Shown: positions 54,401 to 64,000 of the stretch, in pieces | Position numbering within the stretch: the first letter of the stretch is position 1 | How the letters are laid out: each line of letters opens with the position of its first letter | From: Lingula anatina | Lineage: Eukaryota > Animalia > Brachiopoda | Length of the DNA stretch: 64,000 nt | NCBI GenBank assembly: GCA_051362555.1 | Contig: CM120648.1 | Span: forward strand, 14,876,587-14,940,586 | Reading direction: 5' to 3' | The notes under the pieces: generated by a model | Database searches by the model: none | What the model was told of the DNA's origin: nothing | Seen by the model: the letters and a program-made list of their open reading frames with translations, nothing else | Program-made: the position numbers and the translations under genes

Positions 54401-57400
54401 AAAACTGAAAATTACATTGAAATCAATGGCAAATTATATGCCTTAAAATAGTTAAACATTAATAATTTTGACAAAACTGGTCCAATCTTTGTGAAATTTG
54501 TGTAAATGATGCTTTACAACAATAAAAATATGAGAAAAATTTATCACGCCCTGTGTCTATTTTAAGTTTTTTTTTATTGCCAATTCATATCAGAAGAGTG
54601 AGAATTTACGAAAACAAATATTTCAATATTCCAATAAATCATTTTATCTCAAATAAAACATCAAATGTGATGACTTGTGTTTGTTTGTGTAGAAAGTGGC
54701 AAATTACCTATTATTGTCTTCTGACATACAACATATACCCATTCAAGACTTCTCCTTACTACCAATACAAGATGCCGATTCCTCCTTACAGTGGGTTTCT
54801 GGAATCGGTCCGTTAGCACACCATTTGACCATGTCCTAAATCTTCCCACATATTATGTATTGTACACATGAATGAGACATAGCACTGCTCTTGATGTTGT
54901 CTCTCAATGCCTGTTTTTTTCTTAGCCATGAAGAGACAGAAAGAGTCTGCCAACCAAGAAGCCACAAGGCTGCAATATGGAAGGTTTACCTGGAAAAAGG
55001 GCAAATTACATGGAATAAAATAGTTAAATGTTAATTATTTTGACAAATATGGTCTAATGTTTGTGAAATTTATACAAATGATGCCTAATAACAATAAAAA
55101 TCTGACATAGGCTTATCAATTGACTGTGTGTAATGAAAACTACTTTTCGGACAATATACTGAAGAAAACCGATAATAATGTGAAAACAGAGGCAAATTTC
55201 AAGGATTAAAATAGTTAAATGTTAATAATTTTGACAAATGTGGTCTAATATTTGTGAAATTTGTACAAATGATGCTTAACAACTGTAAAAATCTGAGATA
55301 AGATTATCAGTTGCCTGAGTCTAATGAAACAGATTTTTTCACACAATATATCTGAGAAAACTGAAAATTACATTGAAATCAATGGCAAATTATATGCCTT
55401 AAAATAGTTAAACATTAATAATTTTGACAAAACTGGTCCAATCTTTGTGAAATTTGTGTAAATGATGCTTTACAACAATAAAAATATGAGAAAAATTTAT
55501 CACGCCCTGTGTCTATTTTAAGTTTTTTTTTATTGCCAATTCATATCAGAAGAGTGAGAATTTACGAAAACAAATATTCCAATATTCCAATAAATCATTT
55601 TATCTCAAATAAAACATCAATTGTGATGACTTGTGTTTGTTTGTGTAGAAAGTGGCAACTTACCTATTATTGTCTTCTGAAAAACAACATATACCCATTC
55701 AAGACTTCTCCTTACTACCAATACAAGATGCCGATTCCTCCTTACAGTGGGTTTCTGGAATCGGTCCGTTAGCACACCATTTGACAATGTCCTAAATCTT
55801 CCCACATATTATGTATTGTACACATGGATGAGACATAGCGCTGCTCTTGATGTTGTCTCTCAATGCCTGTTTTTTTCTTAGCCATGAAGAAACAGAAAGA
55901 GCCTGCCAACCAAAAAGCCACAAGGCTGCAATATGGAAGGTTTACCTGGAAAAAGGGCAAATTTCATGGAATAAAATAGTTAAATGTTATTAATTTTGAC
56001 AAATATGGTCTAATGTTTGTGAAATTTGTATAAATGATGCCTAATAACAATAAAAATCTGACATAAGCTTATCAATTGACTGTGTGTAATGAAAACTATT
56101 TTTCGGACAATATATTGAAGAAAACTGAAAATAACGTTGAAAACAAAGGCAAATTTCAAGGATTAAAATAGTTAAATGTTAATAATTTTGACAAATGTGG
56201 TCTAATGTTTCTGAAATTTGTACATATGATGCCTAATAACAATAAAAATCTGACATAAGCTTTTCAATTGACTGTGTGTAATGAAAACTATTTTTTGGAC
56301 AATATACTGAAGAAAACCGAAAATAACGTTGAAAACAGAGGCAAATTATAAGGATTAAAATAGTTAAATGTTAATAATTTTGACAAATGTAGTCAAATAT
56401 TTGTGAAATTTGTACAAATGATGCTTAACAACTGTAAAAATCTGAGATAAGATTATCAGTTGCCTGAGTCTAATGAAACAGATTTTTTCACACAATATAT
56501 TTGAGAAAACTGAAAATTACATTGAAATCAATGGCAAGTTATATGGCTTAAAATAGTTAAACATTAATAATTGTGACAAAACTGGTCCAATCTTTGTGAA
56601 ATTTGTGTAAATGATGCTTTACAACAATAAAAATATGAGAAAAATTTATCACGCCCTGTGTCTATTTTAAGTTTTTTTTTATTGCCAATTCATATCAGAA
56701 GAGTGAGAATTTACGAAAACAAATATTTCAATATTCCAATAAATCATTTTATCTGAAATAAAAAAATCAAATGTGATGATTTGTGTTTGTTTGTGTAGGA
56801 AGTGGCAAATTACCTATTATTGTCTTCTGAAAAACAACATATACCCATTCAAGACTTCTCCTTACTACCAATACAAGATGCCAATTCCTCCTTACAGTGG
56901 GTTTCTGGAATCGGTCCGTTAGCACACCATTTGACCATGTCCTAAATCTTCCCACATATTATGTATTGTACACATGAATGAGACATAGCACTGCTCTTGA
57001 TGTTGTCTCTCAATGCCTGTTTTTTTCTTAGCCATGAAGAGACAGAAAGAGTCTGCCAACCAAGAAGCCACAAGGCTGCAATATGGAAGGTTTACCTGGA
57101 AAAAGGGCAAATTACATGGAATAAAATACTTAAATGTTAATTATTTTGACAAATATGGTCTAATGTTTGTGAAATTTGTACAAATAATGCCTAATAACAA
57201 TAAAAATCTGACATAAGCTTATCAATTGACTGTGTGTAATGAAAACTATTTTTCGGACAATATACTGAAGAAAACCGAAAATAACGTTGAAAACAGAGGC
57301 AAATTTCAAGGATTAAAATAGTTAAATGTTAATAATTTTGACAAATGTAGTCTAATATTTGTGAAATTTGTACAAATGATGCTTAACAACTGTAAAAATC

Positions 57401-60400
57401 TGACATAGGCTTATCAATTGACTGTGTGTAATGAAAACTACTTTTCGGACATTATACTGAAGAAAACCGATAATAATGTGAAAACAGAGGCAAATTTCAA
57501 GGATTAAAATAGTTAAATGTTAATAATTTTGACAAATGTGGTCCAATATTTGTGAAATTTGTACAAATGATGCTTGACAACTGTAAAAATCTGAGATAAG
57601 ATTATCAGTTGCCTGAGTCTAATGAAACGGATTTTTTCACACAATATATCTGAGAAAACTGAAAATTACATTGAAATCAATGGCAAATTATATGCCTTAA
57701 AATAGTTAAACATTAATAATTTTGACAAAACTGGTCCAATCTTTGTGAAATTTGTGTAAATGATGCTTTACAACAATAAAAATATGAGAAAAATTTATCA
57801 CGCCCTGTGTCTATTTTAAGTTTTTTTTTATTGCCAATTCATATCAGAAGAGTGAGAATTTACGAAAACAAATATTTCAATATTCCAATAAATCATTTTA
57901 TCTCAAATAAAACATCAAATGTGATGACTTGTGTTTGTTTGTGTAGAAAGTGGCAAATTACCTATTATTGTCTTCTGACATACAACATATACCCATTCAA
58001 GACTTCTCCTTACTACCAATACAAGATGCCGATTCCTCCTTACAGTGGTTTTCTGGAATTGGTCCGTTAGCACACCATATGACCATGTCCTAAATCTTCC
58101 CACATATTATGTATTGTACACATGAATGAGACATAGCACTGCTCTTGATGTTGTCTCTCAATGCCTGTTTTTTTCTTAGCCATGAAGAGACAGAAAGAGT
58201 CTGCCAACCAAGAAGCCACAAGGCTGCAATATGGAAGGTTTACCTGGAAAAAGGGCAAATTACATGGAATAAAATAGTTAAATGTTAATTATTTTGACAA
58301 ATATGGTCTAATGTTTGTGAAATTTATACAAATGATGCCTAATAAGAATAAAAATCTGACATAAGCTTATCAATTGACTGTGTGTAATGAAAACTATTTT
58401 TCGGACAATATATTGAAGAAAACCGAAAATAACGTTGAAAACAGAGGCAAATTTCAAGGTTTAAAATAGTTAAATGTTAATAATTTTGACAAATGTAGTC
58501 TAATATTTGTGAAATTTGTACAAATGATGCTTAACAACTGTAAAAATCTGACATAGGCTTATCAATTGACTGTGTGTAATGAAAACTACTTTTCGGACAA
58601 TATACTGAAGAAAACCGATAATAATGTGAAAACAGAGGCAAATTTCAAGGATTAAAATAGTTAAATGTTAATAATTTTGACAAATGTGGTCTAATATTTG
58701 TGAAATTTGTACAAATGATGCTTAACAACTGTAAAAATCTGAGATAAGATTATCAGTTGCCTGAGTCTAATGAAACAGATTTTTTCACACAATATATCTG
58801 AGAAAACTGAAAATTACATTGAAATCAATGGCAAATTATATGCCTTAAAATAGTTAAACATTAATAATTTTGACAAAACTGGTCCAATCTTTGTGAAATT
58901 TGTGTAAATGATGCTTTACAACAATAAAAATATGAGAAAAATTTATCACGCCCTGTGTCTATTTTAAGTTTTTTTTTATTGCCAATTCATATCAGAAGAG
59001 TGAGAATTTACGAAAACAAATATTCCAATATTCCAATAAATCATTTTATCTCAAATAAAACATCAATTGTGATGACTTGTGTTTGTTTGTGTAGAAAGTG
59101 GCAAATTACCTATTATTGTCTTCTGACATACAACATATACCCATTCAAGACTTCTCCTTACTACCAATACAAGATGCCGATTCCTCCTTACAGTGGGTTT
59201 CTGGAATCGGTCCGTTAGCACACCATTTGACCATGTCCTAAATCTTCCCACATATTATGTATTGTACACATGGATGAGACATAGCGCTGCTCTTGATGTT
59301 GTCTCTCAATGCCTGTTTTTTTCTTAGCCATGAAGAGACAGAAAGAGCCTGCCAACCAAGAAGCCACAAGGCTGCAATATGGAAGGTTTACCTGGAAAAA
59401 GGGCAAATTTCATGGAATAAAATAGTTAAATGTTATTAATTTTGACAAATATGGTCTAATGTTTGTGAAATTTGTATAAATGATGCCTAATAACAATAAA
59501 AATCTGACATAAGCTTATCAATTGACTGTGTGTAATGAAAACTATTTTTCGGACGATATATTGAAGAAAACTGAAAATAACGTTGAAAACAAAGGCAAAT
59601 TTCAAGGATTAAAATAGTTAAATGTTAATAATTTTGACAAATGTGGTCTAATGTTTCTGAAATATGTACATATGATGCCTAACAACTGTAAAAATCTGAC
59701 ATAGGCTTATCAATTGACTGTGTGTAATGAAAACTACTTTTCGGACATTATACTGAAGAAAACCGATAATAATGTGAAAACAGAGACAAATTTCAAGGAT
59801 TAAAATAGTTAAATGTTAATAATTTTGACAAATGTGGTCTAATATTTGTGAAATTTGTACAAATGATGCTTAACAACTGTAAAAATCTGAGATAAGATTA
59901 TCAGTTGCCTGAGTCTAATGAAACAGATTTTTTCACACAATATATCTGAGAAAACTGAAAATTACATTGAAATCAATGGCAAATTAAAGCCTTAAAATAG
60001 TTAAACATTAATAATTGTGACAAAACTGGTCCAATCTTTGTGAAATTTGTGTAAATGATGCTTTACAACAATAAAAATATGAGAAAAGCTTATCACGCCC
60101 TGTGTCTATTTTAAGTTTTTTTTTATTGCCAATTCATATCAGAAGAGTGAGAATTTACGAAAACAAATATTTCAATATTCCAATAAATCATTTTATCTCA
60201 AATAAAACATCAAATGTGATGACTTGTGTTTGTTTGTGTAGAAAGTGGCAAATTACCTATTATTGTCTTCTGACATACAACATATACCCATTCAAGACTT
60301 CTCCTTACTACCAATACAAGATGCCGATTCCTCCTTACAGTGGGTTTCTGGAATCGGTCCGTTAGCACACCATTTGACAATGTCCTAAATCTTCCCACAT

Positions 60401-63400
60401 ATTATGTATTGTACACATGGATGAGACATAGCGCTGCTCTTGATGTTGTCTCTCAATGCCTGTTTTTTTCTTAGCCATGAAGAGACAGAAAGAGCCTGCT
60501 AACCAAAAAGCCACAAGGCTGCAATATGGAAGGTTTACCTGGAAAAAGGGCAAATTTCATGGAATAAAATAGTTAAATGTTATTAATTTTGACAAATATG
60601 GTCTAATGTTTGTGAAATTTGTATAAATGATGCCTAATAACAATAAAAATCTGACATAAGCTTATCAATTGACTGTGTGTAATGAAAACTATTTTTCGGA
60701 CAATATATTGAAGAAAACTGAAAATAACGTTGAAAACAAAGGCAAATTTCAAGGATTAAAATAGTTAAATGTTAATAATTTTGACAAATGTGGTCTAATG
60801 TTTCTGAAATTTGTACATATGATGCCTAATAACAATAAAAATCTGACATAAGCTTTTCAATTGACTGTGTGTAATGAAAACTATTTTTTGGACAATATAC
60901 TGAAGAAAACCGAAAATAACGTTGAAAACAGAGGCAAATTATAAGGATTAAAATAGTTAAATGTTAATAATTTTGACAAATGTAGTCAAATATTTGTGAA
61001 ATTTGTACAAATGATGCTTAACAACTGTAAAAATCTGAGATAAGATTATCAGTTGCCTGAGTCTAATGAAACAGATTTTTTCACACAATATATCTGAGAA
61101 AACTGAAAATTACATTGAAATCAATGGCAAGTTATATGGCTTAAAATAGTTAAACATTAATAATTGTGACAAAACTGGTCCAATCTTTGTGAAATTTGTG
61201 TAAATGATGCTTTACAACAATAAAAATATGAGAAAAATTTATCACGCCCTGTGTCTATTTTAAGTTTTTTTTTATTGCCAATTCATATCAGAAGAGTGAG
61301 AATTTACGAAAACAAATATTCCAATATTCCAATAAATCATTTTATCTCAAATAAAACATCAATTGTGATGACTTGTGTTTGTTTGTGTAGAAAGTGGCAA
61401 ATTACCTATTATTGTCTTCTGACATACAACATATACCCATTCAAGACTTCTCCTTACTACCAATACAAGATGCCGATTCCTCCTTACAGTGGGTTTCTGG
61501 AATCGGTCCGTTAGCACACCATTTGACCATGTCCTAAATCTTCCCACATATTATGTATTGTACACATGGATGAGACATAGCGCTGCTCTTGATGTTGTCT
61601 CTCAATGCCTGTTTTTTTCTTAGCCATGAAGAGACAGAAAGAGCCTGCCAACCAAGAAGCCACAAGGCTGCAATATGGAAGGTTTACCTGGAAAAAGGGC
61701 AAATTTCATGGAATAAAATAGTTAAATGTTATTAATTTTGACAAATATGGTCTAATGTTTGTGAAATTTGTATAAATGATGCCTAATAACAATAAAAATC
61801 TGACATAAGCTTATCAATTGACTGTGTGTAATGAAAACTATTTTTCGGACGATATATTGAAGAAAACTGAAAATAACGTTGAAAACAAAGGCAAATTTCA
61901 AGGATTAAAATAGTTAAATGTTAATAATTTTGACAAATGTGGTCTAATGTTTCTGAAATATGTACATATGATGCCTAACAACTGTAAAAATCTGACATAG
62001 GCTTATCAATTGACTGTGTGTAATGAAAACTACTTTTCGGACATTATACTGAAGAAAACCGATAATAATGTGAAAACAGAGGCAAATTTCAAGGATTAAA
62101 ATAGTTAAATGTTAATAATTTTGACAAATGTGGTCTAATATTTGTGAAATTTGTACAAATGATGCTTAACAACTGTAAAAATCTGAGATAAGATTATCAG
62201 TTGCCTGAGTCTAATGAAACAGATTTTTTCACACAATATATCTGAGAAAACTGAAAATTACATTGAAATCAATGGCAAATTAAAGCCTTAAAATAGTTAA
62301 ACATTAATAATTGTGACAAAACTGGTCCAATCTTTGTGAAATTTGTGTAAATGATGCTTTACAACAATAAAAATATGAGAAAAGCTTATCACGCCCTGTG
62401 TCTATTTTAAGTTTTTTTTTATTGCCAATTCATATCAGAAGAGTGAGAATTTACGAAAACAAATATTTCAATATTCCAATAAATCATTTTATCTCAAATA
62501 AAACATCAAATGTGATGACTTGTGTTTGTTTGTGTAGAAAGTGGCAAATTACCTATTATTGTCTTCTGACATACAACATATACCCATTCAAGACTTCTCC
62601 TTACTACCAATACAAGATGCCGATTCCTCCTTACAGTGGGTTTCTGGAATCGGTCCGTTAGCACACCATTTGACAATGTCCTAAATCTTCCCACATATTA
62701 TGTATTGTACACATGGATGAGACATAGCGCTGCTCTTGATGTTGTCTCTCAATGCCTGTTTTTTTCTTAGCCATGAAGAGACAGAAAGAGCCTGCCAACC
62801 AAAAAGCCACAAGGCTGCAATATGGAAGGTTTACCTGGAAAAAGGGCAAATTTCATGGAATAAAATAGTTAAATGTTATTAATTTTGACAAATATGGTCT
62901 AATGTTTGTGAAATTTGTATAAATGATGCCTAATAACAATAAAAATCTGACATAAGCTTATCAATTGACTGTGTGTAATGAAAACTATTTTTCGGACAAT
63001 ATATTGAAGAAAACTGAAAATAACGTTGAAAACAAAGGCAAATTTCAAGGATTAAAATAGTTAAATGTTAATAATTTTGACAAATGTGGTCTAATGTTTC
63101 TGAAATTTGTACATATGATGCCTAATAACAATAAAAATCTGACATAAGCTTTTCAATTGACTGTGTGTAATGAAAACTATTTTTTGGACAATATACTGAA
63201 GAAAACCGAAAATAACGTTGAAAACAGAGGCAAATTATAAGGATTAAAATAGTTAAATGTTAATAATTTTGACAAATGTAGTCAAATATTTGTGAAATTT
63301 GTACAAATGATGCTTAACAACTGTAAAAATCTGAGATAAGATTATCAGTTGCCTGAGTCTAATGAAACAGATTTTTTCACACAATATATTTGAGAAAACT

Positions 63401-64000
63401 GAAAATTACATTGAAATCAATGGCAAGTTATATGGCTTAAAATAGTTAAACATTAATAATTGTGACAAAACTGGTCCAATCTTTGTGAAATTTGTGTAAA
63501 TGATGCTTTACAACAATAAAAATATGAGAAAAATTTATCACGCCCTGTGTCTATTTTAAGTTTTTTTTTATTGCCAATTCATATCAGAAGAGTGAGAATT
63601 TACGAAAACAAATATTTCAATATTCCAATAAATCATTTTATCTCAAATAAAACATCAAATGTGATGACTTGTGTTTGTTTGTGTAGAAAGCGGCAAATTA
63701 CCTATTATTGTCTTCTGACATACAACATATACCCATTCAAGACTTCTCCTTACTACCAATACAAGATGCCGATTCCTCCTTACAGTGGCTTTCTGGAATT
63801 GGTCCGTTAGCACACCATATGACCATGTCCTAAATCTTCCCACATATTATGTATTGTACACATGAATGAGACATAGCACTGCTCTTGATGTTGTCTCTCA
63901 ATGCCTGTTTTTTTCTTAGCCATGAAGAGACAGAAAGAGTCTGCCAACCAAGAAGCCACAAGGCTGCAATATGGAAGGTTTACCTGGAAAAAGGGCAAAT
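33400..64000. repeat. Composite macrosatellite: 29 units, each with ~191-bp satellite monomers plus one ~380-bp core; runs off the window end
   Basis: The core landmark (stop of the recurring + ORF) recurs at 33953, 35101, 35865, 36630, 37586, 38543, 39308, 40457 ... 63810. Spacings are 764-766, 956-957, 1147-1151 and 1342. Confidence 0.98.
33830..34120 (+). other. First copy of a putative two-exon cassette in the repeat core (A 33830-33927, B 34063-34120)
   Basis: ttgtgtttgtttgtgtag|A..., ...TTACA|gtgggt (gtgagt in some copies), ttttttcttag|CC..., ...GGAAG|gtttac; 98+58 = 156 nt. Confidence 0.4.

Noticed and set aside
33714-63998. The ~85 recurring 62-92 aa ORFs (MPIHIRR..., MGRFRTW..., MPFFQVN...) as a tandem family of small single-exon genes
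   Set aside because: Many begin at TTG/GTG codons or inside the satellite, they overlap on both strands, and they recur only because the DNA is repeated. Only the splice-bounded part of the + frame is kept as a hypothesis.
33400-64000. CRISPR-like repeat/spacer array
   Set aside because: The intervening cores are near-identical rather than unique spacers, the repeats are ~191 bp, there are no cas genes, and the context is eukaryotic.
33400-64000. 5S rRNA, snRNA, SL RNA or histone tandem cluster
   Set aside because: I recognised no such sequence in the core or the monomers on either strand.

Overview
AT-rich, intron-containing animal (invertebrate-type) genomic DNA. The left half (1-32.5 kb) holds the terminal coding exon of an unidentified + strand gene (2377-2691) and two complete secretory-pathway genes on the - strand: a 4-exon p24/TMED gene (240 aa) and a 6-exon SRP receptor beta gene (260 aa). 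It also carries several MITEs/foldback elements, tRNA/SINE-like remnants and short tandem repeats. The right half (~32.5 kb to the window end) is one composite tandem array. A ~191-bp AT-rich satellite (three ordered subtypes) is interrupted 29 times by the same ~380-bp non-satellite core. Two features stand out. (1) Every unit length is close to a whole multiple of ~191 bp (764-766, 956-957, 1147-1151, 1342), so the core does not break satellite phase. (2) The core contains two splice-signal-bounded segments of 98+58 = 156 nt. Joined unit to unit, they would give a 52-aa Tyr/Pro/Lys-rich repeat in which I found no stop in any copy. The array may therefore be a repetitive-protein gene whose introns are satellite DNA, or an amplified captured gene fragment. 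This is inference and needs RNA evidence.
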